From assembly GCA_902524895.1 (NCBI GenBank), contig CABZFH010000004.1:66987-130986 (forward strand): a stretch of DNA of 64,000 nt. The letters run 5' to 3'. The translations under genes and the position numbers were made by a program. Positions within the stretch are counted from its first letter, which is position 1. Every line of letters begins with the position of its first letter. This document shows, one piece after another, positions 1 to 10,425 of this stretch. The stretch comes from an uncultured Alphaproteobacteria bacterium (GTDB taxonomy: Bacteria; Pseudomonadota; Alphaproteobacteria; Methylaequorales; Methylaequoraceae). The notes below the pieces were generated by a model, which was given only the letters and a program-made list of their open reading frames with translations, had not been told where the DNA came from and ran no database searches.

Positions 1-428
1 CCGTTTTTTTTCATTAGTTCTTTTTCTTGATAAAATGTCTCATCTTTTATAGAGTACCAACCTTCGTATTTATCTAAGTAAACTTGATTGTTTTTTACAA
101 GTTTTTCCCAAAAAAATTTAACAGATTCCTTATGTCTTAATTCAGTTGTTCTAATAAAATCATCATTTGAAAGATTTAAAATTTCACTGAGATTAAGAAA
201 ATTTTTAGAAATCATATCAACGTATTCTTGAGGATTTGAATTATTTTTCCTAGCAGCTTTTTCAACTTTCAAACCATGCTCATCAGTTCCAGTTAGAAAT
301 TTAACATCATAATTATAGAGTTTAAAAAATCGCGCAATTGTATCTGAAATTATAGAAGTATATGCATGTCCTATATGAGGTATGTCATTAACATAGTATA
401 TTGGGGTTGTGATGTATAACTCTTTCAT
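1..428 (-). CDS. metG: Methionyl-tRNA synthetase, N-terminal part only (gene runs off the left window edge)
   Basis: Absent from the ORF track because it is open at the window edge. My minus-strand translation from the ATG at 428-426 reads MKELYITTPIYYVNDIPHIGHAYTSIISDTIARFFKLYNYDVKFLTGTDEHGLKVEKAA. This is a class I aaRS HIGH motif in a MetRS-type context. There is a 4-nt ATGA overlap with the holB stop. Confidence 0.85.
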   Translation of the reverse strand, partial: MKELYITTPIYYVNDIPHIGHAYTSIISDTIARFFKLYNYDVKFLTGTDEHGLKVEKAARKNNSNPQEYVDMISKNFLNLSEILNLSNDDFIRTTELRHKESVKFFWEKLVKNNQVYLDKYEGWYSIKDETFYQEKELMKKN

Positions 429-1360
429 TTGCTTAATTTAATCTTACTAAAATAATTTACAAATATCTCTGTAATTTCTTGTTTAATGGATAAGTTCAAA
501 TTCTCATTATTTTGTGTTGTTATTAAATTAAGAAACTCTATTATATTTTTATATAATCTTAAATTTTTATATTCTTTCTTTAAAAGGTTTGTTGTTTCAT
601 AGTAAAAAAAAGATTTTACTATGGTTAAAATTAAATCTTGTTTATCAAAAAATGTATCAATAATTTCCTTTATTTTTAAATGCTCAAGATGATCTCTGGA
701 AATTATAGATTCAATTTTTTTAATAATTTCAATTCCATTAGACTCATAGATTTGTAAAAATAGTCTTGGATTACCATTACTATAATTATAAAAAAAATTC
801 AACATTTCCGAATTATATTCGATATTTTTTATTTTTAAAAAATTTAAAAAATCAATTCTAGACAATTCTTCAAATCTTAAATTAATGCATCTTGAAGATA
901 TCGTTCTTGGAACATTAAATATATTATGTACGATTAAGAAAATAATTAATTTTGAAGGTGGCTCTTCAATAGTTTTCAGGAGTGCGTTTTTTACATTAAT
1001 ATTCAAACTATCAAAGTTATCGATTAAAAGATAAGAGAAACCGTTGTCATCAAAATTTGAGAGTTGAATATTTTCAATTACCTTTCTAATCATAGCCATA
1101 TCGGCTTTGTTTTCTTCTTCGCAATTTATTTCTAGAACAGAACGTATATAAGCTTTTCTCAAATATTTATCAAATTTATCTGATTTTTTAATCTCTTTTT
1201 TTTCTGCCAATGACCAGTAAATAAAACTTTTAATGGCTTTTTTTTTTCCTATACCTTGTGTTCCAAATATTAACCAAGAATGGTGAAATTTTTTTTTAAA
1301 AGAGTTTTTTAGAAATTCTAATTGTTCAAAATGTCCGATAACATCAGAATGTTTAGTCAT
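425..1360 (-). CDS. holB: DNA polymerase III delta-prime subunit
   Basis: Clamp-loader AAA+-like features: GTQGIGKKK, ALLKTIEEPP and an SRC motif (ISSRCINLRF). It sits in the conserved tmk-holB-metG arrangement. Confidence 0.8.
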   Translation of the reverse strand: MTKHSDVIGHFEQLEFLKNSFKKKFHHSWLIFGTQGIGKKKAIKSFIYWSLAEKKEIKKSDKFDKYLRKAYIRSVLEINCEEENKADMAMIRKVIENIQLSNFDDNGFSYLLIDNFDSLNINVKNALLKTIEEPPSKLIIFLIVHNIFNVPRTISSRCINLRFEELSRIDFLNFLKIKNIEYNSEMLNFFYNYSNGNPRLFLQIYESNGIEIIKKIESIISRDHLEHLKIKEIIDTFFDKQDLILTIVKSFFYYETTNLLKKEYKNLRLYKNIIEFLNLITTQNNENLNLSIKQEITEIFVNYFSKIKLSK

Positions 1361-2003
1361 TTTCTAATGCGTAAGGTATTTTAATTTTCAAAAATTTACT
1401 TTTATTGAGACTGTCTATAATACTTTTGTGTACATTTAACCGAGATTGAGAACCATCAATTATTCTTATTCTTTTACTTCTTCTTGCCAATTCTAAGTAG
1501 GATTTTCGTACTTTTTCATGAAATTCAATATTATAAGATTCATACCTGTTTTCATTAGATTTTCTTTTTATTGTTCTGGAAAGTCCAATGTTTGGAGCTA
1601 TGTCAATTAAAAAAGTAATTTTTGGTATAACTTTTTTAATAATCACTTCATTTATTAATTTAAAATATTTTTTTTTAATTCCTTTGGCTAAAATTTGATA
1701 TGCAAATGTTGAATCTATAAATCTATCACACACAATAACATTTTGTTTAATAGCTGGTATAATAATGTTTTTTAGATGTTCATTTCTTGCAGCATTTACT
1801 AGGAGCAGTTCTGTTATAGGGTCCCATTCAAATTTTTGCTTTTTTACTAGAATTTCTCTTATTTTTTCACCTTGAATTGTTCCTCCCGGCTCTCTAGTAA
1901 GAATGACTCTTTTAGTTACTTTCTTCAACGATTTAAAAAGAAACGAAGCTTGAGTGGACTTACCAGTCCCTTCTCCACCTTCCAAAGTGATTAACTTATT
2001 CAT
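1353..2003 (-). CDS. tmk: Thymidylate kinase
   Basis: P-loop LITLEGGEGTGKSTQ, plus REPGGT and DRF motifs. It overlaps holB by 8 nt. Confidence 0.9.
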   Translation of the reverse strand: MNKLITLEGGEGTGKSTQASFLFKSLKKVTKRVILTREPGGTIQGEKIREILVKKQKFEWDPITELLLVNAARNEHLKNIIIPAIKQNVIVCDRFIDSTFAYQILAKGIKKKYFKLINEVIIKKVIPKITFLIDIAPNIGLSRTIKRKSNENRYESYNIEFHEKVRKSYLELARRSKRIRIIDGSQSRLNVHKSIIDSLNKSKFLKIKIPYALEND

Positions 2004-3142
2004 TCTTTTAGACTAAAAATACTTTCTCCAAGTATCAAGTACTTTAACTTAAAAAAAACTTTTGAAAAAAAATTTTTTTCTTTGATCGAAACATCAGAGG
2101 TTAGAGAAACTTTTTTAATTAGATTCCCTTTTTGATCTTTAATTAATAATTCTGCTATTTCATCATTTTTTTTAATTGGTGCAACTAATGGTGAAGTATA
2201 TTTCAACGACACTTTTATTTGTTTTTTTATTGATCTGGGAACATTAATAATTAAATTTTGGTTACTTTTAACTTCAATCTTATTCTCTGATCCATTCCAA
2301 ACATTTATTTTTTCAACTAATTGTCCTTTTTCTAAAATCTTTACGTTTTTAAAATTATTAAAAGCTATATCCATAAATCGTTTTGATTCTTTTTTTCTCT
2401 GGTTATTACTTTCAAGTCCATTTAGAACCAATATCACACGTCTATCTTTTCTTTTTGAAGAGGCTGCTAATCCAAAACCTCCTAATGAGGTTCTCCCTGT
2501 TTTTAAGCCATCAGTATATGGGTCTGAAAATAAAAGTGGATTTCTGTTATTTTGTTTAATATTACTATAAGAAAATTCTTTTTCAGAGTAGATTTTATAA
2601 AGATCAGGAAAATCCCTGATTGTTTTCAAAGATAATTTTAAAATGTCTCTCGCACTCATTAAATGATCTGGGTCGGGCCAACCTGTTGAATTTGAAAAGA
2701 AGGAATCAGTTAAACCTATTTCTTTGGCTAAAATATTTAATTCCTCTGCAAAACTAGATTCTGTTCCAGAAAATCCTTCAGCAATTGTTATACAAGCATC
2801 ATTCCCAGATTGAACAATTATTCCCCTTAAAAGATCTTCAATAGTGACATATGAGTTCACTTTTAAAAACATTTTAGATCCTCCCTTTTTCCATGCTTTT
2901 TCACTTACCTGAAATTTATCTTTAAGCGAAATTTCACCATTATCAATTTTCTTAAATGTGTAGTAAACTGTCATTAACTTGCTCATTGAACTAGGAGACA
3001 TTAATTCATCTGCATTTTTTTCAAATATAACTGAATCCGTTTGCACATCATATAAAATAGCCTGTTGAGCAGATGTGCTAATTGGAAGAGCTTTATTTGG
3101 CAATAAAAAATAAAAAATGGCTAGGACTTTTAAAAATTTCAT
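2000..3142 (-). CDS. D-alanyl-D-alanine carboxypeptidase (PBP5/6 family)
   Basis: N-terminal signal peptide. The SxxK (SMSK), SGN and KTG motifs occur in the correct order. Confidence 0.85.
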   Translation of the reverse strand: MKFLKVLAIFYFLLPNKALPISTSAQQAILYDVQTDSVIFEKNADELMSPSSMSKLMTVYYTFKKIDNGEISLKDKFQVSEKAWKKGGSKMFLKVNSYVTIEDLLRGIIVQSGNDACITIAEGFSGTESSFAEELNILAKEIGLTDSFFSNSTGWPDPDHLMSARDILKLSLKTIRDFPDLYKIYSEKEFSYSNIKQNNRNPLLFSDPYTDGLKTGRTSLGGFGLAASSKRKDRRVILVLNGLESNNQRKKESKRFMDIAFNNFKNVKILEKGQLVEKINVWNGSENKIEVKSNQNLIINVPRSIKKQIKVSLKYTSPLVAPIKKNDEIAELLIKDQKGNLIKKVSLTSDVSIKEKNFFSKVFFKLKYLILGESIFSLKE

Positions 3143-4062
3143 TTGAGTTTTTCTATTATTAATTTTGAATTTTGTAATCCATTATTTTTCAATTTTTCTA
3201 AAATATTTTGTGCAACTGATTGACTTGAAATTGGACCTATTCTAACTCTATAAAAATATCTTTCGTTTACAAATTCACGCTTAATAAATGCTTTAAAATT
3301 TTCTAGTTTTTCTAATAACTTTCTAGCATTTCTGATATCTGAAAAAGCACCAACCTGAATTAACATTTTCTTATCATTAAATTCTTTATCTAATTTAATT
3401 GTTTCATTTTTTGATATTTTTTCTTTTTTTTGATCATTTATTTTTCTTAATTTTATTTTCTTTTGTTCATCATTATTTGATACGTTTGTTTTTATTTCTT
3501 TTTTTACCACCTTCTCTGATTGCCCAGCATCTGATACAAAAACCTCATAATTGGCGTAAGCCATAGCAATCTTTCTACTTTTTTCTTCATTGATTTGTAC
3601 TCTTACTTTTGCTGTCCCACTTTTTAAAATTCCAAGAGTTTCAGCTGCTTTTTTTGATAAATCAATAATTCTTCCTCTTACAAATGGACCTCTGTCATTT
3701 ATTCTAATTTCTAATTTTTTATTATTTTCTAAATTTGTTACGATTACAATTGAGGGAATAGGTAAAGTCTTATGTGCAGCAGAGACAGCATTTTGATTAA
3801 AAATTTCACCATTTGCTGTTTTTTTTCCATGAAAGTTTGGTCCGTACCATGATGCAATTCCGACTTCGTCATACTGATAATCTACTGCGGGATAAAACCA
3901 CTGACCATTAATTTTATATGGCTTACCAACTTTATAACTAGGTCTGTCACCGTAGTTAGAGTCACCTAGAATTTTTGCACTATTAATTATAAAAGATGTT
4001 TCGGAACAACTAGTAATAAAAGACAACAAAAGTATTAGTAATACATATTTATTTTTCTTCAT
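3139..4062 (-). CDS. rlpA: Rare lipoprotein A (DPBB domain plus C-terminal SPOR-like domain)
   Basis: Lipobox ITSC, DPBB core ASWYGPNFHGKKTANGEIF, and a C-terminal LIQVGAFSDIRNARKL SPOR-type segment. Confidence 0.8.
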   Translation of the reverse strand: MKKNKYVLLILLLSFITSCSETSFIINSAKILGDSNYGDRPSYKVGKPYKINGQWFYPAVDYQYDEVGIASWYGPNFHGKKTANGEIFNQNAVSAAHKTLPIPSIVIVTNLENNKKLEIRINDRGPFVRGRIIDLSKKAAETLGILKSGTAKVRVQINEEKSRKIAMAYANYEVFVSDAGQSEKVVKKEIKTNVSNNDEQKKIKLRKINDQKKEKISKNETIKLDKEFNDKKMLIQVGAFSDIRNARKLLEKLENFKAFIKREFVNERYFYRVRIGPISSQSVAQNILEKLKNNGLQNSKLIIEKLK

Positions 4063-5041
4063 TAATTCTATCTGACAAAATATTAACAGCTAGAGCAAAA
4101 TAATTTGATCTATTCCAGTTAAGAATTACATCAAAATTCTTTGTCACTAAAAAGACTCTATTTGAAGATTCATCTGGTATAATTATTCTTAATCTGTTCT
4201 CACTGTAACTCTTTTTAATAGCTAATCCCATAGATTTCCAAAAGTTTTCGTTTTTATAGACTTTTTTCTTTGATAAATCTAATATTTCATTATTTAAAAC
4301 AAACGCTTTGATTTCCTCACCCCAACTAATATCATTTTTCCAACCCATTTTTGATAAATAATTAGCACCTGATGCTAAAGCATCAGAATAATTGTTTAGG
4401 AGGTCTTTTTTACCGTCATTATCAAAATCCTGAGCATAATTTACAAATGTGCTAGGCATAAATTGGGTGTGTCCAAATGCACCTGCCCAGGATCCTTTTA
4501 GGTTTTTTCTTGAAATATGACCATCATCAATAATTTTGAGGGAGTGTTTTAATTCTTTTAAAAAAAAATTAGCTCTTCTACCATCATATGATAATGAAGC
4601 CAGAGAATTTAAAACATCAAATTTTCCTTTGTGTTTTCCATATGAGGTTTCAATTCCCCATAAAGAAACAATAACGTGGGGTGAAACTTTATATTTCTTT
4701 TCAATATCTTTTATCAGAATTAAATGTTCTTTTAATTTTAATCTTCCTATTTCCACTCTGTTGGGTGTTATAACTTTACTTAAATATTGATTAAATGTTA
4801 ACTTGAACTCAGGTTGTTTTTTATCTAATTCAACTACTCTTGAATTAAATTTGATTTCACTTAAAATTTTCACGGTATCAGCTTTTAAATCAAGACTTTT
4901 TAATTCAATTTTTAAATTATTTAACCACTTTTCCCAAGAAATTACATTTTCTTTATATTTAAACTTTGAAGAATCAAGGGGTTCTGAAGATAACCGTTCG
5001 CAAAAAAGAAATATAAAAATAAAAATAAGAGTATTAAACAT
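4049..5041 (-). CDS. Lytic murein transglycosylase (MltB/SLT_2-like)
   Basis: Signal peptide. GIETSYG and TQFMPSTF motifs are typical of the lytic transglycosylase B family. Confidence 0.75.
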   Translation of the reverse strand: MFNTLIFIFIFLFCERLSSEPLDSSKFKYKENVISWEKWLNNLKIELKSLDLKADTVKILSEIKFNSRVVELDKKQPEFKLTFNQYLSKVITPNRVEIGRLKLKEHLILIKDIEKKYKVSPHVIVSLWGIETSYGKHKGKFDVLNSLASLSYDGRRANFFLKELKHSLKIIDDGHISRKNLKGSWAGAFGHTQFMPSTFVNYAQDFDNDGKKDLLNNYSDALASGANYLSKMGWKNDISWGEEIKAFVLNNEILDLSKKKVYKNENFWKSMGLAIKKSYSENRLRIIIPDESSNRVFLVTKNFDVILNWNRSNYFALAVNILSDRINEEK

Positions 5042-6191
5042 TTCTAAATTTTATATTTTTTCTATTTAAATCTTTTATTTTTTTACATCCCATAAGTTTC
5101 ATATTTCTTTCCAATTCATTTTTTAAATTACCAACACATCTTTTTACTGCGTGATAACCTCCTGCAGCTAGTGAATATAAATATAACCTTCCACCAGAAC
5201 ACGCATTAGCTCCTAATGAGAGCGCCTTAAGCATATGAGTGCCTCTTCTTATACCTCCATCGCAAATTACTTCAATTTCACCCCCTACAGAGTCCAATAT
5301 TTCCTTTAATTGGTCAAATGGTGCTCTGGCTCCATCTAATTGTCTCCCGCCATGATTAGAAATCATAATTGCCGAAGCACCAATCTTTACTGCCATTTTT
5401 GCATCTTCTACAGACATTATTCCCTTTAAACAAAAAGGTCCATTCCAATATTTTCTTATATTTTCAGCATCTTTCCAAGACATATTCTGGTCTAGCATTG
5501 TGCTAAAATAATCACCTATTGATATAGCTTGTTTAGTTCCTTCTCCAACATAATTACTTAAAAATGGTAAATCAAATTTTTCTCTAAACAAATAATTTAA
5601 AGTCCAATAAGGAGAAAAAGCATAACTGAAAAAACTACTTAAGGTGAATTTTGGTGGCGAAGTAAACCCAGTTCTCAAATCTCTTTCTCTATTTCCGCCC
5701 GTAATAGTATCAACAGTTAATGCAAGAGCATCAAATTTTCTTTCTTTGCACTCATCTATCATATTTTTTGTTAGTGCTTTATCCTTATGAAAATAGAGTT
5801 GAAATATTTTAGGGGCACTTAAATTAGATATTCTTTTTGCTGAAACTGTTGACAATGAAGATATTCCAAAAAAAATATTAAAATCTTCGGCCGCTTTGCC
5901 AACTGCTAATTCTCCTTCATAATGAAATATCCTCTGCAAAGCAGTTGGTGATAAAAAAAAAGGTAAATTCATTTTTTTTCCAAATATGGTAGTTGATAAA
6001 TCAATATTTTCAACACCTCTTAAAACGTTAGGCACTAAATCACAATTATTAAAGGCCTCAGTATTTCTTTGCAAAGTTACCTCATCATCTGCTGCTCCAT
6101 CGATATAATGAAAAACTGGAAAAGGAAGCCTTCGTTTAGCTAACCGTCTAAAGTCTTCAACATTATTAAAATTTTTAAATTTTTTTACCAT
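5034..6191 (-). CDS. FMN-dependent alpha-hydroxy-acid dehydrogenase (L-lactate dehydrogenase / glycolate oxidase family)
   Basis: SNHGGRQLDG and DGGIRRG motifs; length about 385 aa. Confidence 0.8.
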   Translation of the reverse strand: MVKKFKNFNNVEDFRRLAKRRLPFPVFHYIDGAADDEVTLQRNTEAFNNCDLVPNVLRGVENIDLSTTIFGKKMNLPFFLSPTALQRIFHYEGELAVGKAAEDFNIFFGISSLSTVSAKRISNLSAPKIFQLYFHKDKALTKNMIDECKERKFDALALTVDTITGGNRERDLRTGFTSPPKFTLSSFFSYAFSPYWTLNYLFREKFDLPFLSNYVGEGTKQAISIGDYFSTMLDQNMSWKDAENIRKYWNGPFCLKGIMSVEDAKMAVKIGASAIMISNHGGRQLDGARAPFDQLKEILDSVGGEIEVICDGGIRRGTHMLKALSLGANACSGGRLYLYSLAAGGYHAVKRCVGNLKNELERNMKLMGCKKIKDLNRKNIKFRNV

Positions 6192-6255
6192 AAATAAATT
6201 TGTTAAACTTAACTTAATACATGTATTAAGATATTTTAAGTAATAAATAGAATAA

Positions 6256-7023
6256 ATGGATATTTTTAAAAAAAAACAAAAGCTAAAAAAGAAAAAAAAA
6301 CTAATTCAATTTATTGAAGATTGTAGTCAGTTAGATGAAATTTCAATAAAAACTACAGGAGACTTACAAAATAAATATTTGAAAATAGTACTACATTCAA
6401 TTATGCAATCTTTTCAAATTGATACAAAAATACCAACTTGGATTAAAGAATTAGAAGGTCTTTCAGGAAGAAAGTTTAGATATTTTTTAAATATTTTAAT
6501 AGAAAATCTTGAAAAACCTCGATATTTAGAAATAGGAAGTTGGCTGGGATCTACTGCATGTTCTGCCTCTTATGGAAACAATCTTAAGTTGACTTGTATT
6601 GATGATTGGAGTCAAACATTTAAGGGAATTAAAGAACCGAGAAAAAAATTTTACAAGAACCTCAATAGATCATTGAATAAAAATTCTGTCACAAATGTAT
6701 TAGAGACAGATTACAAGCAAATAAACTACAAAGACATTGGTAAACATAACGTTTTTTTCTTTGATGGACCTCACCACAAACAAGATCATTTTGATGCTAT
6801 AATTTTGACTCAAGATGCACTCGAAGACGAATTTATTATGATTATAGATGATTGGAACTGGAAGCAAGTAAGAGATGGTACAAATCAAGCTTTAAAAACT
6901 CTTAATTTGAAAATTATTTCATTTGTGGAAATTAGAACAACGCAAAATGACTTAAAGCCTTTATTTGAAGGAAAAAATTCAGATTGGCACAATGGTTATG
7001 CATTATTCATTATAAGAAAATAA
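6256..7023 (+). CDS. Hypothetical protein, possibly a class I SAM-dependent methyltransferase (TylF/Methyltransf_24-like)
   Basis: YLEIGSWLGSTACSA resembles a SAM-binding motif I, and FFFDGPHHKQDH resembles the distal acidic motif. The call is weak. Confidence 0.4.
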   Translation: MDIFKKKQKLKKKKKLIQFIEDCSQLDEISIKTTGDLQNKYLKIVLHSIMQSFQIDTKIPTWIKELEGLSGRKFRYFLNILIENLEKPRYLEIGSWLGSTACSASYGNNLKLTCIDDWSQTFKGIKEPRKKFYKNLNRSLNKNSVTNVLETDYKQINYKDIGKHNVFFFDGPHHKQDHFDAIILTQDALEDEFIMIIDDWNWKQVRDGTNQALKTLNLKIISFVEIRTTQNDLKPLFEGKNSDWHNGYALFIIRK

Positions 7024-7028
7024 AAAAA

Positions 7029-7172
7029 TTATTTTTTTTTCAAAGAATGTTTTATCGCACTACTAAAATTCTTCTTATCTTTTTTTGCTAAATACCTTAA
7101 AACAGCAACTTTATCATCGTAATTTTTAGTATCATCGAACAATTTGTTTAAAATTTTTTTTTTATTATTCAT
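7029..7172 (-). CDS. Small hypothetical ORF (47 aa) translationally coupled to yajQ
   Basis: Below the ORF-track size cutoff. The ATG overlaps the yajQ stop (ATGA). It reads MNNKKKILNKLFDDTKNYDDKVAVLRYLAKKDKKNFSSAIKHSLKKK. No family was recognised. Confidence 0.25.
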   Translation of the reverse strand: MNNKKKILNKLFDDTKNYDDKVAVLRYLAKKDKKNFSSAIKHSLKKK

Positions 7173-7657
7173 CAGTCTCTAAAATTTATATATTGAAGTG
7201 GTTGTTTTATATCAAGCTCCTTAACTAAATTTATTGTTTCTTGTAAAATATCTCTTTTATTACCAGAAATCCTTAATTCCTCTCCTCTAATCGCTGTTTG
7301 AACTTTTAGTTTACTAGATTTAATTTCTTTATTAATTTTTTGAGATAGCTCTCTATCTATTCCTTGAATTATCTCGGCAGTTTGGCGTAAAGTTCCACCT
7401 TGAGCGTTTTCAATATTTGAAAACTTAAGAGAGCCGGCATTTAGTTTTCTTTTTACAAAATGAGTTCTCAAAATTTGTTGGACTTGATCAATTTTATAAT
7501 TATCTTCAGCGTTAAGAATGATCTTATTGTCATCTTTTTTTATATTTGATATACTATTTTTGAAATCATATCGCGAGGTGATTTCTCTCATAGCACCATT
7601 GATAGCATTATCAACTTCAGCAAGATCTACTTTTGAAACGATATCAAATGATGGCAT
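7172..7657 (-). CDS. yajQ: YajQ-family nucleotide-binding protein (UPF0234)
   Basis: N-terminus MPSFDIVSKVDLAEVDNAINGAMREITSRYDFK and the 161-aa length are typical of YajQ. Confidence 0.85.
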   Translation of the reverse strand: MPSFDIVSKVDLAEVDNAINGAMREITSRYDFKNSISNIKKDDNKIILNAEDNYKIDQVQQILRTHFVKRKLNAGSLKFSNIENAQGGTLRQTAEIIQGIDRELSQKINKEIKSSKLKVQTAIRGEELRISGNKRDILQETINLVKELDIKQPLQYINFRD

Positions 7658-7807
7658 AATAAATTCAAATTTGAATAGTGATTATAAATATATTTTTAAT
7701 AATATAACAGATTTTTAAAAAATTTGCTAAAATTATGTAATTTAAAATGTTTTAAATATATTTCAGATATTTTATTTATTTATGGATGATTTTTATTTTA
7801 TAACTTT

Positions 7808-8119
7808 ATGATCAAACAATTTATAACTTATATTTTAACTTTTAACATATATTTTCTACAAAATCAGGTTTCTTCTATGAGTGATCAACGAACATGTGAA
7901 CCAGATATAATAAATAAATACAGTAATGTACAAGAAAAACTTAAAGTATGCGATAAAGGAAATAGAATTATTATCAGACATAGTTATAATTTATCATCGG
8001 AAATACTTATTGGAAGGCTTTGTGATCTTAAATTCACAGTATTACACGATAAAAATAAAAGTAAAGTTATCAACTCAAAGAAACAACAGCCTGATTTTGT
8101 TTGCATTTATTTGCCTTAA
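7808..8119 (+). CDS. Hypothetical protein
   Basis: Plain ORF with no recognisable motif, convergent with the helicase gene. Confidence 0.3.
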   Translation: MIKQFITYILTFNIYFLQNQVSSMSDQRTCEPDIINKYSNVQEKLKVCDKGNRIIIRHSYNLSSEILIGRLCDLKFTVLHDKNKSKVINSKKQQPDFVCIYLP

Positions 8120-8127
8120 ATTAATAT

Positions 8128-9942
8128 TTAGCCAATTTTGTAGTAAGGTAATTCCTCAGTATTAGTTACGCCCATTGCTGCAATTCTTTCAATAATTTGC
8201 AATGCCTTTTGAAATTTTCTTTCATTTACTTCAACATTATTGTCGAAAAAATTATGACCACATAAAGAAACTCCATAATTAGTTTGGACAGGCCTTATAA
8301 CACGTCCTTTTGATAATCCGTCACTTAGAGCAGTAAAAACAAATTCGTCTTGCTGCTCGATATTGACTTCTTTTTCATTTAAAAATTCTCTTACTTTCTT
8401 TTCTCCTTCAAGAGTGAGATTCCAAAACTCCGTCTCTGAACTTGTGATATCACCTGAAACATAATTAAAAGCAAGACAAAATGCTAAAAATAATTTTTCA
8501 TATATGTTTGAATCTTTCCAGGCAGAGGATTCCATGCTTTTCCAAACAAATATATTCATTTCTTTATATATTTTTGGAACTCTTTCGAAAAATACTTTGT
8601 GCAAACTATGATCATTTTTGGGTTTATCAATTTTATCATCAATAAATAAGTCTGACCCAGAATAACTACCACACTCACATTTTTCATCAGAACGTAGCTT
8701 TTTTTTATAAATCATAGAACATCTCTTTCCGCTATCTACAAGTCCCTCGCAAAGCATAAAGGTATAATTTCTATCTTTTGTAAACTGTTGTTTGCTAATC
8801 CAATTAAATCGATTTTTAAATTCTAAATAAGACTTTCTATGATTCCATAATTTCCATTTTAACTTCTCAACCGGACCAAAAGTCGAATAATTAGAACTCA
8901 CATCAATAACTAAACATGAATCTTTGTTCTTAGCTGATCTGAGTCCCCTTCCCACAGATTGTCCCCAAAATACTTTTGAAAGCGTTGGTCTTAAATGTAC
9001 AATAATATTACAATTTGGATTATCCCATCCCTCTGACAAAACACCAACTGATACCAAACATTCAACTTCACCTTTTTCATGCTTATCTAATATCAGCATT
9101 CTTTGTTTTAAAGGTGTTTTAGCGGTTATAATTTCTACATTAAGTTTTTTATCTTCAATTTGCCTTTTTGTTTCCTCTGCAACCAAAACATCAGGACAAA
9201 ACCATGCAGATATTGGTTTATTTTTAATATTAATTCGATTTTTTAAATATATGTTACATGCATACTCAATCATTGAGGATTTTATAATAGCATTTGATAA
9301 TTGTTCTATTGGAAAATCTCCTGTGGAAATATCTAAATTATTTAATTCTAAATCATGTATAAAATATGGCTTATAAATTGCTGGAACTAACACATTTTCT
9401 TTTATTAGTTCCTCAATATCAGCACAATCAATGATCGCATCGAACGCTAAACCTAATTGATCTTTCTGGTCGCCTGTCCTTCTTTCAGGTGAGGCAGTTA
9501 ACCCAAGAAGCTTTGAAGAATCCTTTGCAAAACCATCAAATTCATCAAGTAAACCTTTGTATGCCTGCCCATTAGGCGAAACTCTGTGTGCTTCGTCAAT
9601 TATAAGTAGATCGCACATCTTTATAGCTTCAATAAGAAAGTCTCTGGATCTAAGATTTGTGGATATTAATACATCATAACTATCAAAAGGTTTGCCGGTT
9701 TCAGACAAACCTAATTTTTTTACTCTATGCAAATTAGACAACCCTTTTTCTAGTTGCTCTAATAAGACTAATCTGTGACAAAGAACAACAATCCTTTTTT
9801 CTTTGTAAAACTTATTTATAATTTCACTAGCTAGTACAGTTTTACCTGCTCCTGTTGGAGCTTTTAGAATAAATTTCCTGTAATTTTTTATAATTTCAGG
9901 GAATTCATCAATAACTTTTTGTTGCCATCTCCTTAATTTCAT
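8128..9942 (-). CDS. Superfamily-2 DEAD/DEAH helicase (ResIII-type N-terminus) with an unassigned C-terminal domain
   Basis: Motif I APTGAGKT, motif II IIDEAHRV, motif III GLTASP, helicase-C segment SEGWDNPNCNIIVHLRPT and motif VI QSVGRGLR. The last ~230 aa are unassigned. Confidence 0.75.
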   Translation of the reverse strand: MKLRRWQQKVIDEFPEIIKNYRKFILKAPTGAGKTVLASEIINKFYKEKRIVVLCHRLVLLEQLEKGLSNLHRVKKLGLSETGKPFDSYDVLISTNLRSRDFLIEAIKMCDLLIIDEAHRVSPNGQAYKGLLDEFDGFAKDSSKLLGLTASPERRTGDQKDQLGLAFDAIIDCADIEELIKENVLVPAIYKPYFIHDLELNNLDISTGDFPIEQLSNAIIKSSMIEYACNIYLKNRINIKNKPISAWFCPDVLVAEETKRQIEDKKLNVEIITAKTPLKQRMLILDKHEKGEVECLVSVGVLSEGWDNPNCNIIVHLRPTLSKVFWGQSVGRGLRSAKNKDSCLVIDVSSNYSTFGPVEKLKWKLWNHRKSYLEFKNRFNWISKQQFTKDRNYTFMLCEGLVDSGKRCSMIYKKKLRSDEKCECGSYSGSDLFIDDKIDKPKNDHSLHKVFFERVPKIYKEMNIFVWKSMESSAWKDSNIYEKLFLAFCLAFNYVSGDITSSETEFWNLTLEGEKKVREFLNEKEVNIEQQDEFVFTALSDGLSKGRVIRPVQTNYGVSLCGHNFFDNNVEVNERKFQKALQIIERIAAMGVTNTEELPYYKIG

Positions 9943-10020
9943 AGATTGGTATTTTATAATATTTTTTATTGATTATCCATGTATGTTTATGTAATAAGTT
10001 AAAAACTAATTAAAAGAACA

Positions 10021-10425
10021 ATGAGATCTAATTTTTTAAAATCAAAATTACATCGAATAAAATTAACTGATGTTCATATCGATTATGAGGGATCGTGCGC
10101 TATTGATGAGACTATCCTTAATGCATCAGATATTTGCGAGTATGAAATGTTGCATATTTATAATCTTGCCAATGGGAATAGATTTACAACTTATGCGATA
10201 AAAGCAGAAAAAGATTCCGGCATTGTTTCTTTTAATGGAGCAGCTGCATTTCAAGGTAAAGTAAATGATTTAATTATAATTTGTACTTATACACAACTAG
10301 AAGCATCAGAAATAAAAAGTCACAAGCCTAAATTGGTTCATTTCAAAAAGAATGAGAACACAATTGATTTTATAAAATCAACGATTCCATTACAAAAGGC
10401 AAAAATTGTAAACTATAATGTCTAG
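10021..10425 (+). CDS. panD: Aspartate 1-decarboxylase
   Basis: LKSKLHRIKLTD and the self-processing site YEGSCAID. Confidence 0.9.
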   Translation: MRSNFLKSKLHRIKLTDVHIDYEGSCAIDETILNASDICEYEMLHIYNLANGNRFTTYAIKAEKDSGIVSFNGAAAFQGKVNDLIIICTYTQLEASEIKSHKPKLVHFKKNENTIDFIKSTIPLQKAKIVNYNV

